Shown one piece after another: positions 40,715 through 53,064 of a stretch of 64,000 nt of DNA. The notes under the pieces were generated by a model. That model did not search any database. It was not told the origin of the DNA and saw nothing but the letters and a program-made list of their open reading frames with translations. How positions within the stretch are numbered: the stretch's first letter is position 1; each line of letters begins with the position of its first letter. Source of the stretch: Cyanidioschyzon merolae (Eukaryota); NCBI GenBank assembly GCA_000091205.1, contig AP006496.2, one strand, 5' to 3'. The position numbers and the translations under genes are program-made.

Positions 40715-42154
40715 ATGCCGCTAAGTGAGGGAGGCTTGTACAGTGGGTTCCGCGCAGTTCGCGGCTCGTTCGGCGGATGCCTGCAATGGGTCCGGAAGTT
40801 CGCGACCGAAGTGCCGTTGTCGCCCACGATGCGGCGCGCTCTCGCGCTAGCGGAACGGACGGACGGAGCACTGTGCGGGCCCGACGCGTCCAAACTCGTA
40901 GTAGACCGGGCGCCCGTGGTCGACAGTTCCGGTCATTCGGTGCGTGCTCGGGAAGTTCTTGGGGTACACAGCTTTTACGCGCGGGGGTCGAACTTCCAGA
41001 TTCGACAACCCGCTGGCTCGCAGGAGTTTGGGGTCACGTTCACTGACCATATGCTCCTTGTTCGTTATCGCGGTGGCCACTGGATGGATCCGCTGATAAC
41101 CAGTCGTCGCCCGCTTGAGCTGGATCCGGCGAGCTCGAGCCTGCAGTACGGCTTGCAGATTTTTGAGGGTTTGAAGGCGTACCGGCCTGACCCGGTTGGG
41201 CCCGAGACCGAGGACGTTGTGCGGCTCTTCAGGCCCCAAGAGAACCTCCAGCGTATGTATCGCTCCGCAGCGCGCCTTGCACTCCCGCTTTTTGACACCG
41301 GCTCCATGCTGAGGCTAATCGAGGAGTACGTCCGCATCGAGGCGGACTGGGTACCAGTACGCGCGCCAGACGAGAACTTCAGAGCGGTGTCTTTGTACCT
41401 GCGGCCTTGCCTCATTTCAACGGACGCACGACTGGGTGTACGACGCGCGGAAGAGGCGCTCTTCTATGTGATCGCCTCTCCAAGCCTGGGCGGTTATTAT
41501 AGCGCAGCGAACAACGCTGGCGTCACCTTGCTCGCTACAGAGGAGTTCGTACGCGCATGGCCAGGCGGTGTTGGCGACACGAAATGTGGAGGCAATTACG
41601 CGCTGAGTCTCGTGGCTCAAGAGCTTGCACACGCGGAGGGATGCCACCAGGTGCTTTGGCTAGATCCAGACCGGAACGTTACAGAGGCAGGGGTAATGAA
41701 CTTTTTCGCTGTCACTTCTTCGGGGGAGGTGGTGACGGCGCCGCTGAGCAAAGGCCTCATTCTGCCTGGTGTCATGCGCAGCGCGGTGATCCAGCTCATC
41801 GAGCAGGGCCGTTTCCCACCAGGTGCGAACCATTCGAGCTGGCGGCTTGTCGAGCGCAGCCTCTCTGTCGATGAACTTGTGCAGGGGATTGAGCAGGGCC
41901 GCATTGTGGAAGCATTCGGAACAGGTACTGCGGCGATGATATGCCCCGTGGCAGCTGTCAAGTACCGGGGCCGCACTTTTCGCCTTCCGGAAGCCTCTGA
42001 TGCCAAGCGACGGCTAACTTGGCAGCTCAGCCGGGCACTCGAGCACCTATTCTTCGATCCGGATCCGCATTTCGCAGCACATCCGTGGATTCATACAGTT
42101 CACGTCAGCCGAATACCACAGCACGCAAGCGCATCGCACACCCAGTTCGGATAG
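40715..42154 (+). CDS. BCAT: Branched-chain amino acid aminotransferase (PLP fold type IV), likely mitochondrial
   Basis: ..FGVTFTDHMLLVRYRGGHWMDP..LQYGLQIFEGLKAYR..LYLRPCLIST.. is colinear with BCAT1/2. The start is taken at ATG 40715 (MPLSEGG..), which is uncertain. The N-terminal region is Arg-rich. Confidence 0.8.
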   Translation: MPLSEGGLYSGFRAVRGSFGGCLQWVRKFATEVPLSPTMRRALALAERTDGALCGPDASKLVVDRAPVVDSSGHSVRAREVLGVHSFYARGSNFQIRQPAGSQEFGVTFTDHMLLVRYRGGHWMDPLITSRRPLELDPASSSLQYGLQIFEGLKAYRPDPVGPETEDVVRLFRPQENLQRMYRSAARLALPLFDTGSMLRLIEEYVRIEADWVPVRAPDENFRAVSLYLRPCLISTDARLGVRRAEEALFYVIASPSLGGYYSAANNAGVTLLATEEFVRAWPGGVGDTKCGGNYALSLVAQELAHAEGCHQVLWLDPDRNVTEAGVMNFFAVTSSGEVVTAPLSKGLILPGVMRSAVIQLIEQGRFPPGANHSSWRLVERSLSVDELVQGIEQGRIVEAFGTGTAAMICPVAAVKYRGRTFRLPEASDAKRRLTWQLSRALEHLFFDPDPHFAAHPWIHTVHVSRIPQHASASHTQFG

Positions 42155-43269
42155 GCACCGCTGGGGTACCGCCGGGCGAACCATTTGTGTACATAGTCTG
42201 CAAAAGTGTTCTTAAAAATGGCCTCCCGCGCCCCGCGCATGAACCGCGTCAGGTAGGAGATATTATGGACCGTAAGCAGGTGCCCAACAACTGCCGGATC
42301 CCGGTTCACGAGCACGTGTAAGTACGCTCTGGAGTAGTGGCGGCAGCACTCGCACGGGCACTGCGGCTCTATCGGTCGCGAGTCCTTGAACATGGCAGCT
42401 GACTTGATCTTGAGCATACCGGGTGCTTCTGCATCGACCAGGGCGCTCCCGAATCGAGCCGTTCTCGCGGGATACACGCAGTCGAACATGTCGACACCCA
42501 GCGCAACGCATACGAGCAAATCCTCAGGATAACCAACCCCCATGCAATAGCGCGGCTTGTCGTGCGGTAGCTCTCTCGTGCAGAGTTGCACCACCTGCCA
42601 GAACTTGTCCTTCTCTTCGCCACCTGCGAGCCCGCCTATGGCGTACCCTGGTAGCTCCCGCGCGACGAGCTCCCGCAAACAGTACCGCCGCAGCTCGGGA
42701 CTGAGCCCGCCCTGAACGATCGCAAAGAGAAGCTGCTCACTGGGCCTTGCATGGGCGCCAATGCATCGGTCTAGCCAGCGCACCGTTCGAGCAGCTGCCT
42801 CGCGAAAGCGCTCTACGTTGCTGGCTGTCGTTGGCACCACGTCGTCGAGGGCCATAATGATATCCGCTCCAATCTGGTTTTGTAGCTGAATAGATAGCTC
42901 TGGGGTCAACAGGACCTGCGACCCATCGACTGGCGACTGAAAGTGGACACCAGCTTCGGAAACTGTCGCAAGACGAAGCAGAGATACCATCTGGAACCCT
43001 CCCGAGTCGGTGAGCACGTTTCTCGGCCAGTGTGCAAACGTGTGTACGCCACCGAGCGCACTGAGAACCTCCCCGCCGGGTCGAAGTCCCAGGTGAAACG
43101 TGTTTCCCAGAATAATATCCAGATCGAGGTCAAGAAGCTGGTCCGGGGTGAGGCCCTTCACGGTTGCCTGGGTACCGACCGGCATGAACACGGGCGTCCG
43201 CGTCGTGCCGTGTCGCAGGTGGAGGACCCCGGCCCGAGCACTTCCGTCCGTTGCCTGTAAGGTAAACAT
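42100..43269 (-). CDS. QTRT1: Queuine tRNA-ribosyltransferase catalytic subunit
   Basis: ..LHLRHGTTRTPVFMPVGTQATVKGLTPDQLLDLDLDIILGNTFHL.. and the zinc site CPCECCRHYSRAYLH match QTRT1. The start is taken at ATG 43267-43269 (MFTLQATDG..), giving 389 aa. The stop lies 55 bp inside the BCAT 3' end. Confidence 0.88.
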   Translation of the reverse strand: MFTLQATDGSARAGVLHLRHGTTRTPVFMPVGTQATVKGLTPDQLLDLDLDIILGNTFHLGLRPGGEVLSALGGVHTFAHWPRNVLTDSGGFQMVSLLRLATVSEAGVHFQSPVDGSQVLLTPELSIQLQNQIGADIIMALDDVVPTTASNVERFREAAARTVRWLDRCIGAHARPSEQLLFAIVQGGLSPELRRYCLRELVARELPGYAIGGLAGGEEKDKFWQVVQLCTRELPHDKPRYCMGVGYPEDLLVCVALGVDMFDCVYPARTARFGSALVDAEAPGMLKIKSAAMFKDSRPIEPQCPCECCRHYSRAYLHVLVNRDPAVVGHLLTVHNISYLTRFMRGAREAIFKNTFADYVHKWFARRYPSGAYPNWVCDALACCGIRLT

Positions 43270-44789
43270 CCCGCTACAGTAGACCGAGTGCAAGAGCCCA
43301 GATCGTCCAGAGGCCTGCTGGTCCTGCACGAGCACGAACGCAAACGCCGGGTGCCCGGTACTCCACGTCTGGCTGCACGGTAGCTTGTAGCCGCTCGTCG
43401 AGGTTATCGACGTCGCTGGCTCGTGCCTCAACGCCGAACTGTTCGAGAGAGGTTCCGAAGCCACCCGACAGCGCAGCGTGCTACGTCTGACGATACGGAC
43501 ACAGTCGTTCGACACGCTCTGGAGCTCGAGAGTAGAGGTTTGTCTGCGGACCAGTTGAGGATAGTGCCCGAGCAGCAACAGGCAGTGGTTGGTGAACGCG
43601 AATCAGGAGGGTTCTGGGTCGGTTCCTCTCGACCCGAAACGTTAAGGAGGTGCTCAGGCTGCACAGACAGTCAGCGCACTGCGTATACATAACAGGATAG
43701 CTTCGTGTGCCCCAGTGACGAAGGCACCAGCTTTGTCCAAGGAGTCGTTTCGCAGACGCTGGACGCACAGAGCAGCGTGCAACTGCCTCGAACAGGGTAC
43801 TGGAGTCGTTCTTCCGGAGGGCATAAGGAAATTGGCAGGTTACGCTACTCGTAGTGACGACGGCTTCGGGGACATACACCAGCGAAGTGGGGCAGTTCTG
43901 CGGCTTTTCGCGCTGCACTGGAGACGGTCTCAACGGAGATGAATGAGAACTTCTCCTTCGAGACGGACTCGGGCGGCGTAACTGAAGGGCGCTTCGCGAT
44001 AGAGGTATTTTACGGCGTGGAGTTGAAGGATCGGACCAGCTGTAGACGCGTCCGTACTAGTAGGAGACAGAGGACAAACAAGTCTGGTCTGCAAACCGCA
44101 GATCAGTGTGCGCTAACTTCGGCAGACTAGCGGCCAACCTGGACATGTAATGAGAATCTTTTAGATGCCACGCGCTGCAGTGTGTGGGCGGCGCTGTCTC
44201 GCTTGCGACTGCCCCCGGAAGAGGCCCGGTCCAGCGAGTGAGCCTGCGGACGCAACGTGTTTGGCAACGGAGCGCTTGGAGCGGCGTGACAAGGCCAGAT
44301 GAGCGCTCTACGCTATGTCGACCGTTTGCAAGGTTGGCTATATGAAGCGCTCACGCTGTACCTTGATCTGCAGTTAAACTGCGGTCGACCGTTTGCAAGG
44401 CTGGCTACGGGAAGCGCTCGCGCTCTACCTTGATCTGCAGTTAAACTGTATTCATAAATCACTCTCACTGGAAGATGCGCTGCGAGCCGTTTGACAGCGA
44501 CGGCTTCCACTAGCATCGACCGATGCTGTGGACGTCCCATGGCCGGCGGAATCAGGTGTCTAAAAGTGACACACAAGGGGCGCTGGTAGCCAGCGTTCTC
44601 GGGTTCACAAGTGCTCCCGATATCGCAGCGTGCATGCTGCAGTGAAGCACGCTGCTCTTCCTGGTGTGTGTGCCGCTCGCGTCGGAGACCGTGCGATAGG
44701 CGCAAGGTCGTCAGCAAATCCCACAGGAATGCCGCTTTCTGAGCGTCGCGCGGATATGCCACTTGTTTAGGTGTGGCCCCGGCTTAAAA

Positions 44790-44995
44790 GGCGCTACCCA
44801 TCTATTTTATAGTGTATAGGATAATCGGGGCTAAGATAGGATCTCCAAGAATGCATTTGAAACGCGGTATCCGTCTCAATGGTGTAGGATAATTCAAGCT
44901 AAGCTGGGATCCCCAGGTGCGCGTTTGAAACGCGGTATCCGTCTTAATGGTGTAGGACAATCGAAGCTATACTAGGATCCCCGACTACGCGCTTC
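44790..44995. repeat. 66-bp tandem repeat, about 3 copies, upstream of H1. A second 68-bp repeat x2 lies at 44317-44455.
   Basis: 'ggtgtaggataat.gaagctaag.tgggatcccca..tgcgcgtttgaaacgcggtatccgtct.aat' recurs. Confidence 0.7.
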
Positions 44996-45398
44996 AACCG
45001 CACCACCAGTGCCGTATCGAGGGCTGCGGTCGAGGCGAATCGCTCGATGCCCGGCACGACTGGACAGCAACGTGTAGCGCGTGCTGCTCGCTCAGGCACA
45101 GTTTCGTTGACCCCGGACGTCTGCCTCACGGCTGATCGATATCGTTACGCTTTTCGCGGCGCTTTCGAACGCGTGCTGTCCGTTTCGCGATCCCTGCGAT
45201 GAGCAAGCGGTACGCGATCTTGAAGGAAATGGCACACGCTGGGATGTCGGATCGCCGGCATCGATCTGCGCACGCGCCAGCGCGCCCTGGCGCATGCGTG
45301 CGCAACGGGCGCCTGATCAGCGGAGATTCGTGTTTTTGCTTGTTCGCAGAAGTAGCCCGCGTGCGGTTGCGATATCCTGAACCTGTGTTGCGCTCAAA

Positions 45399-45911
45399 AT
45401 GCCGGAAAAAGCGAGTCATCCGAAATATCTTGATATGGTGAAAGAGGCGATACGGAAGAATTATTCTGTGAAGGGCACAAGCCGACAGAAAATCAAGTCG
45501 TTTATTGAGCAGACGTACCATATTCAGGCCCTGAACAGCATTCTGCGAGCAACACTGGAGAAGGCTGCGACAGAGGGGGTAATTGAGAAGACGAGCGACG
45601 GCTCGCGGTACCGACTCACGAGCAAAGGACGCCTTTCCATGGAGAAGAAGAAGGAGAAAAAAATCCGTAAGCCGGCGAAAGTCACCAAGTCGGCGGTGAA
45701 GAAGGCGACTACTTCGAAAGCGAAGAAGCCGCGCAAGGCGGCCGTCAAAGTTAAGAAAGTCATCAAGCCGTCTATGAAGAAGACTTCGGCTCCGAAAGCG
45801 AAAAAGCTGGCAAAGCCTTCCAAGAAAGCAAGCGGTGCTGTGACGAAGAAGAGCGCTGCGAAACCGGCGAAGAAAGTCTCCATGAAGAAGGCGCCCAAGC
45901 CGAGCAAGTGA
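45399..45911 (+). CDS. H1: Linker histone H1
   Basis: A winged-helix globular domain (HPKYLDMVKEAIRKNYSVKGTSRQKIKSFIEQTY...) is followed by a Lys/Ala/Pro-rich tail (KKPRKAAVKVKKVIKPSMKK...). ATG at 45399. Confidence 0.85.
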   Translation: MPEKASHPKYLDMVKEAIRKNYSVKGTSRQKIKSFIEQTYHIQALNSILRATLEKAATEGVIEKTSDGSRYRLTSKGRLSMEKKKEKKIRKPAKVTKSAVKKATTSKAKKPRKAAVKVKKVIKPSMKKTSAPKAKKLAKPSKKASGAVTKKSAAKPAKKVSMKKAPKPSK

Positions 45912-46749
45912 GACAACTGGGGCTCGCGACCCAGCGATTCACCTCACAGAGGCATCGACGATACAATCCCGCCGGCGTTCAGCGACCTCTCCTCAACAGT
46001 CATTTGCACTCGGACTCTCAATTTCTCACTCCGATCCATGATAAAAAAGTCCCGCGTGGGGTCCGGTTAACCTGCGAGAACTGCCCCTCTTTTCGAATTC
46101 TACCACATGGTGCTTCCACCAGCGGTTTACACGCCGCCGCAGCAGCAGCAGCAGACAGCGCCTTGCACTAGAGCTTCTTCGGCATCGCTCGAAAATCGAC
46201 TGCCGCGTTCGCGACGCTTGCTGCGGTGTGTGCTCAAGCTTGTAGATGGCGCCGCACGGCCCAGATGAGCCAGTAGTCGTCAAGAGCGAAATGCGATGCC
46301 TTTTTCAGTGCTTGGGGGACATACGTGTGGCACGATAATGGCTCCCGACGCTCTGCCGTGTTCGAGTCGCGTATGCAAACAGATCTTCGCCCCGTCTGCT
46401 GCCGGCAAAATTGTTATTCGTTCCCGCAGTGCCTCCAACTGCTCCCAGTGCAAGTCTTTTCGACTCGTGTACAGTGCTTGGGAACGCAGGCCCTGTGCTC
46501 GTCCCAAGAGCCGTTCGGATACGCTAGCAAATCATCTGCGACTGCTTGGGATACTACGTGGGGAAGTATCGTTCTGGTTTTTTCATTCGTACCCAGAGAG
46601 CGTTTTCGCAGGGTCGCTTGTGATCTAAACCGCTCGTGGATGATGTTGGGCGCAGGTTCGCACGCCAGCGCACTGTGTGTGTGTATGTGAAGATTGAGTC
46701 ATAGTCGTCAGAGCGCCCAGCGGAGCGCGTGCTTTCGGTGAAACAGATC

Positions 46750-49700
46750 GCTTCAAGAATTGGACGCCGTCTCGAGGCCTGCCTGGTGCCTGCTCCACGT
46801 CATCCGAAAGAAACCTTCACATACGTGTTCAGCTCGAATGCTGTATTCGTAGCGTCCTCCTTATCCAATGTCATAATTAGGCCGAAAGACTGATACGTCC
46901 GCCATCAAGTTCTGTTGCCCAGCAAAAGACGTTCCAGGTGGCAGAGCAGAATCGCTTGAGCAGAGCTTTATCGGCTCCAGTCACTGCACGCTGCAAACAG
47001 TATCGATTACGAAGTAGATACACTAAGTAAAATCGAATAATGGAACACCTGTATCGTCTACAAGTTGCCTAGGAAGACCGATTCCGGTGTATCTATACGG
47101 CGCTCCAGCATCACTGGATTGCTTAACCGCACTACACCAGTGCCTTGCTTCATGCTTGGATCCAAACGTTCCCTCCTGGCCGCTGTTTCTTCATCGCATG
47201 GCTTCCGATTTTCAGCACAATGCCCGCAATGACTACGACACGACTTTTTCGATACTTCGCTTAACACAGAGTCTTGGGCGCTGCAGAAGCACGAGACATA
47301 TTCCGGATGTTGGTCGAGGCGTTGAACTCCCGGTGGAGAAAGTGCTTTTGCCCATGACTGCTGGGAAATGCGCACCGCAGTAAACCTGTCACCATAGACT
47401 ACCTTGCCAGCTGACGTGCGGTCAGCTTCACGTCCACCATGTCGTACATTCGGACCTGTTCCTCTCTGTTTCTCAAGCTGCATCATCGTGCACCTCAGCT
47501 CGTGGTGCTTTCATGTCGTCCTGAACTTGTCCAAAGGAATCCTGCACAATCGGCTCCTGCATTCGTTTTACGCTCCGAGCGAAGGAGCATGAGTCCAGCC
47601 TTTGTGTTGAACAGCACGTTCAGCGTCATAGGCCATTACCAAACGACACGACGTATCGGTTATTTCCTTTTTCAACACAGTGAGCAAATTGGTGAATGCA
47701 CGCATCTTGCGAACGTGCAACCCGAAGCGCTGACGACACCAGTACGGTATCATGAACTCCTGCTAAATCTCATTCTCATATGCAATTTTGACGCTCGCAT
47801 ACTCCCTGAATCAAGTGATGAAAGTACGCCCTCTGCACGATACGGCGCCCAGAGCGTCGGCACAGGTCCGGACGGCATTCCTCAATCTGTTGGAATGTCC
47901 CGCGGCGTCTATGATGCCCAGCTGCAGATGATACTGAACGCTGGAAACCATGAGCAGCTTCCTGTGATATCCGTTCGGATCTTTGGATCCTTCATTATGG
48001 TTTGGAGGTACGTCGACGCTCATGATATTGCTGGACCTTGGATGCACGCCCACCACGAAGAGTTTCTTATCACCTACCGTGAACAGTTGGATACGACTCG
48101 CATTGTTCGACTCATGATTCGGTTTCCGATGAATTCGATGGAGATTAAGCCTTCGTTGGTCTGCAACGTTACTGTATGCTTCGTTCCGTTTTCGCCCGGT
48201 CTAGGAGAAATCTTGAGCGAGCTCTACCAATACATTTCGCGGACTCGTTTGAACTCTTCACATTTGCTTCCGGGTGTCCGCCCTAACCCGCTGAGGAGGC
48301 CACACAACATTGTAGACACTCATCTATGGCGATGTAATGAGCATTAATGTCACACATGGAAACCACATCCAAAATAAACACCAGAGGAGACGAGGACTCT
48401 CGAATTCGGGAAGGGAGTCGACCGCGCTCTGGATGGCTCTGCTCAGGAACACGTAGTGCTTCAAGATGGAATGTAGGTAGGTAGATATCACGTCTCAATT
48501 ATACATCGGATACGACGTCCGCTGGTCCGAGGCAGAGAGCAACACGATGAGCTTGGACAGCATGAAGCGTCTCTTGCTCTCGTTAACGCATCTCTTTGAA
48601 CTTCGCGACAAACTCCATCTCGTCCGTAGCCAGCAAGCCACTTGCCTACGTCCGCACCCGAAGAATCCCTTCATGTAATCCTCACTGTTCTGAGCCTCAA
48701 TAGTGACGCTATAATGACCACAGCGTGCGCTTCATGAAGCCCCGGTCATTGGCTTGAACATGGTTTTGCTTGTTGAGGTTGTTTTGAAACTTTCTGGCAA
48801 CTGCGGCGTACATGTTCCGATGGATGATGTGTAACGGCGAGGCGTCGGGGTAGTTTTGGAAGCGTGTGTACAAATCTCTAATCCTATGAACAAGCCGAAT
48901 GGCATCTTCTATCCGAAGCATCCGTTGCTGCAAGGAGGTTTGACAGAAGATTTCCTGAGGAATGCGGACAACTGGCAGCCCAGCGTCCGCAGCGCCCCTG
49001 AGCAGTTGCTTGGCGAGGTGTGTCAAGGAGAGGTAAGCATGGCGAGCTTCCGCCGAGGTGGAAGCTGCGCGAACCTCAACGGCCAGCTGCCTCATCCTTT
49101 TTGGAAGACTCACCAGCTTGATACGTTTTCTGTGGAAAGCCTCGACAACGAGTGCAGACTGATCTATCCGCTACCACAATTTTTTCTTCTTGTCCCTCCT
49201 CGCCCACTTTTCGGAAGGATCCTTCCCCTCTTCGTCTAGTGGTTTCCTCTCCCTCTCCACAAAGCGGTGTTGGTACCGATGCGGTCGATATACTTCATAT
49301 CTGTTTTTTCTCTGGGCTGAAACAGTCTCGGCGATAGATGGCAATGAAGCTCATCTATTCTGCGTGAGTGTCGATTTCTCCTGAAGCACCTCTTTGCCAC
49401 CGTATCTGCGGGCAGCGCGCTCGCGGTGCGGGGCACGCTTTCCCCTCCCTGATGCGCTCGAGCGGAGGAGCAAACCATCAGCTCAGAGCTGGTTACCATA
49501 GAAAAACACTCGTCCGAGAACGGTCGAGCGAACGACTTCTCGACTGATCTGTGAGCATGAAAGCGGAGTCTGCCGACAGAAAATTTACCTTCAACTGTTG
49601 TGGACCGAGGAGTTCAGGCTAGCACGAAGAACAGCTCACTACCTATTGCTGCAGCATACACCCAGACCGCCTTGGATCTCTACAAAGCGACGTTGTCTAA

Positions 49701-51050
49701 GTGCATAACAAAAGAATACGGGATGATGAAAGCACGTGGCGTGCTCCAGCGAACGATGAGATGTAGAAAGCCCGTCTCTTTGGGGATACTAAATTGAACA
49801 CACATCTGAGTCGCCGCTGGGGCTGATCTTGTCGACATTTGCGCTAGAATCTTCTGTAAGAGTAGCTTTGGCCCCATCTTCGCGTACCCGTATGCAAAGG
49901 TGTACCATTTCATCCGAGTGAAGTCGCATTGAGTGAGACGAGCTCCCTTGCTTCCAGTACAGAGTGTTCGATTTCCAGCACGAAATGGAGAGTATACTGC
50001 ACAACAAGCTATCCTCTCTCAGAGACGCACGTTTCTCTGTTGTTTATCTACCCTTCGTCACCTTTCGCATCTAAGGTCCCAAAAATTCACATCCCGTAGC
50101 TTCTCTGGAAGCTTTTCTGAGAGAAATACGCAGTGGAACAGACTGACGAAGAGATTAACCTGTCCATAGAGTTTGTTACGTTCTGTTCTAGGCACACGAC
50201 GTATAATGCTTGTTCTCCGAGAAGGATGGTTCATCCACCTGCTGCCCTGTGAGTGACCGACGTGCTCCATTAAGGCCGCCTTTCGTAAGCTCTCCGTGAG
50301 CATAAAGAGTCTTTTCGCGACTTTTGTCCGATCTACATGATACATTCCTTGTATTGGATAAGTGCAAGAAAAACAAACAAAATCGGAAAGGGCGTGCTGT
50401 TACAGGTACGCCAGAATTTACTGCCAAAGTGCACATGCTGTTTCAGTTCGTTTTCGCCCCGGCGCGCGAGCATATCGATCTTGCAACTGTCCAACGATGT
50501 AGATGCACTCATTTTCGACGCGAAGTGCAAAGAAAATGCGTACTGTTCGGAACAAGCCAACCTACAGTGAACGTAAAGCCAACGAGGGAGCCGCTCTGAA
50601 TCACATCGTGCAGCCTCGGCGTGAAAGAAACGAGAGGGGCGACGTCCCGATTCCGTATCTTGTGCATACGATCGAACTACTCCGACGCGTGGTATACGGC
50701 TCTTCATGCTCTGTCAGTGGCCTTCGTGCAGGAGAACGAACAATCTTGAAAGAGATTAGATCGAAGTATTCTCCGGAATAGGCCCTAAACAAATCGGTAC
50801 GCAGTCTATCCGCAGCATCTATCGAGCAACGTGTGCTGTACCTGATCATCCTCTGGTGCGGCTTGTGCTGGAGATGCGCAGCACTCTCGCGGCGTCCGCC
50901 ATAAAGTTCTGCTTTGAGCGCTTCTAGATATATCCTCGACAATGGAGCACCATGCCCACCGCGCGAGTCTCAATGGCACGTGAATGCCTCTCAGCCGTAC
51001 TGAATGTCCACTGCTGCCTACCACACAAATCCACTAACCAACTTGCGAGC
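46750..51050. other. GC-poor island 3 (about 4.3 kb) with unassignable ORFs (47439-48347 plus; 48709-49113 minus)
   Basis: Composition shift is visible. No recognisable domain appears in any frame. Confidence 0.5.
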
Positions 51051-51417
51051 TAAGGCCATAGGTGAAGGCCCGCGCTTCACTGGCATGTAATGCCGTGCCG
51101 AGGCAATCATCAAAAGGGGCGCCACTCGCGCGTTCTGCCCCGCTTCAGTGCGCTCCACCGCGCCGAAAAGCAACTCAGCGAGTACACGGTCAACCGATTG
51201 CGGAGATCTCTTCGTCGGCACAAGCCAGTGCTCGTGAGGCGGAGTCTCAATTTTAGGGCCCCATTTGGGCCCATAAAACGGCGAACTCTAGATATTGGAA
51301 GAAACGTTCAACTTCCTCCGTTTCTCCTGCGATGCACACAGCGCAGGTCAAGAGCAAGCATCCGTAAGCATTTGTACGGCACAAGGATTCTGGCAGATTT
51401 CGCACTCCTCCACAAAT

Positions 51418-52938
51418 TCACGAAAACTCATCAGCATTCACGTGCATCTGTATGGCACAGAGATCCTCGCTCAACTCGCACACCTCGACGAGGCCAAGAA
51501 ACCCATCATCATTCACAGGGGTCGCGCGTTCCCACTGCTTTGCTCCCCCGTACTGCACCTCCGCCGCAGTCACCAAATCGTAGAGCAACGCGTCTTCTGA
51601 CCCAGAGCAGGCCTCGACGATAGTGAGCGCTTCGAGCGCAGCTCGATCAAGCGCGTCTTCAGCTCCGGTTGCACTAGCAGCTTCTGCAGCGCAGCTGGGC
51701 CCAAGCACGACAAGCGGGAGCGCATGCAGCTCGGAACGCCAGTTTGCACACTCCGGATCAAGACACTTCTGAAACATTACGCTCTGATTCAGATCAACAA
51801 CATAGATCACATGATTCGATTGGTGCTGCCGACGAACGCGTGCGCAGTAGCGATGATTCGCCATCGAAAGTAGCAGCGTGCGTGAGGAGGCGAAGTACAT
51901 CCAGTTCCGGATACGGGGCCACGTGGAGGTATCCTTCGAGCGCGCATACTCGATGACATAGTCTTCAATTGCTGGAAAAAGAGAGCGAAGACGGCCTGGT
52001 TCCAGACCAGAAACCGGCATTGGTGCACTCGGCGTATGCTTCGCAGAGTGCACGGGCGGGGCAGTGCCGCCCGTCCGCGGCAGCGGCAGCTCGAGCGAGC
52101 ACGACGTTTCATAAAATGCATTCGTCAGCATTGCAGTGCGGAGAACTTGGGCCCGCTGCTCCTCGGTGGACAAGGCACACAATATCGAGCCCATCCATCT
52201 TGCGGTCGGCTCGAAAACCTTATCGCGTCCAAACTTTTGAGAATACGGTAGTCGAAAGCACCGATTCCGCGAGTAAACACTGATATCAATGAAACCCTCT
52301 GGCAGCTCGTTCTCAAGCCGCGGAAGAACTCTGGTCCTCACAAAACAGCCAACAGCCATGTTATCATGCAGCAAAACTCCGGGAAATATCAGGTGCCGTG
52401 AGTACTTCGCCGGTATGCTAGAGTCCAGTTCCAGAACCTCGAGAAACCGACTCCCAACGTCCGCGCCTGCGCACTCTCGCACAGCCTCTCGGACAACTCG
52501 AACGAGACGCTCAACCGCAGCATCAAGCTGCTGAACAACTCGGCTGCGGTGCTCGTCCGCCCAGTCCGGGCAAAGGCGTTGTTCCAGGTCAAAGAAGAGC
52601 TTGCACGCGAAGCCCTCTCTGAGTACTTCGCTGAAGCAACGCGGAACGTAACGCCAGCTCTTGTAAAGAAACGAGTCGAGCGTGCCGACGAAGTAGTCCC
52701 GTCTGCCCGTTGCGTCTAGCTCACGAGCGAAAACAAACAGAGCCTCCGTGAGGCCAGAGTGCCGCAGCGCCCGCTCACGTTCCTCCGAAAAAGCTAGTGC
52801 GGAACTTTGCACTTCAAAGTGCCGGAAAAGTGCACGAGCGCTCCCGGTGCTCTGATTGCGCGCTTGGCTCAGGAGTCGGGCTTGGTTCGTCGGTGTGAAA
52901 TCCCTCCCATAAAACGTATACGTAGAAACGCCCGACAT
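51418..52938 (-). CDS. PRIMPOL: PrimPol-like primase-polymerase (archaeo-eukaryotic primase domain plus UL52-type zinc finger)
   Basis: AEP motif I is ..KLFFDLEQ.., motif II is ..SRHLIFPG.., and motif III is ..DISVYSRNRCFRLPYSQKFG... A C-terminal ..HRYCARVRRQHQSNHVIYVVDLNQSVMFQKCLDPECA.. is the UL52-like Zn finger. ATG at 52936-52938. Confidence 0.75.
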   Translation of the reverse strand: MSGVSTYTFYGRDFTPTNQARLLSQARNQSTGSARALFRHFEVQSSALAFSEERERALRHSGLTEALFVFARELDATGRRDYFVGTLDSFLYKSWRYVPRCFSEVLREGFACKLFFDLEQRLCPDWADEHRSRVVQQLDAAVERLVRVVREAVRECAGADVGSRFLEVLELDSSIPAKYSRHLIFPGVLLHDNMAVGCFVRTRVLPRLENELPEGFIDISVYSRNRCFRLPYSQKFGRDKVFEPTARWMGSILCALSTEEQRAQVLRTAMLTNAFYETSCSLELPLPRTGGTAPPVHSAKHTPSAPMPVSGLEPGRLRSLFPAIEDYVIEYARSKDTSTWPRIRNWMYFASSRTLLLSMANHRYCARVRRQHQSNHVIYVVDLNQSVMFQKCLDPECANWRSELHALPLVVLGPSCAAEAASATGAEDALDRAALEALTIVEACSGSEDALLYDLVTAAEVQYGGAKQWERATPVNDDGFLGLVEVCELSEDLCAIQMHVNADEFS

Positions 52939-53064
52939 GGGCGTTGTATTAGTCGCTTGTATCCACCCAGCGAAGCAACCGTTGGGAAGCGCGCGAAAAC
53001 AGCGCGCATGGAGATTTTTGCTAAGTCTTTATATACTGATTCGCGAATTGACTCATTCGATTTC

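Noticed and set aside
47439-48347. 302-aa ORF in GC-poor island 3
   Set aside because: No recognisable motif in this or neighbouring frames. It is retained only as part of the island observation, not as a gene call.
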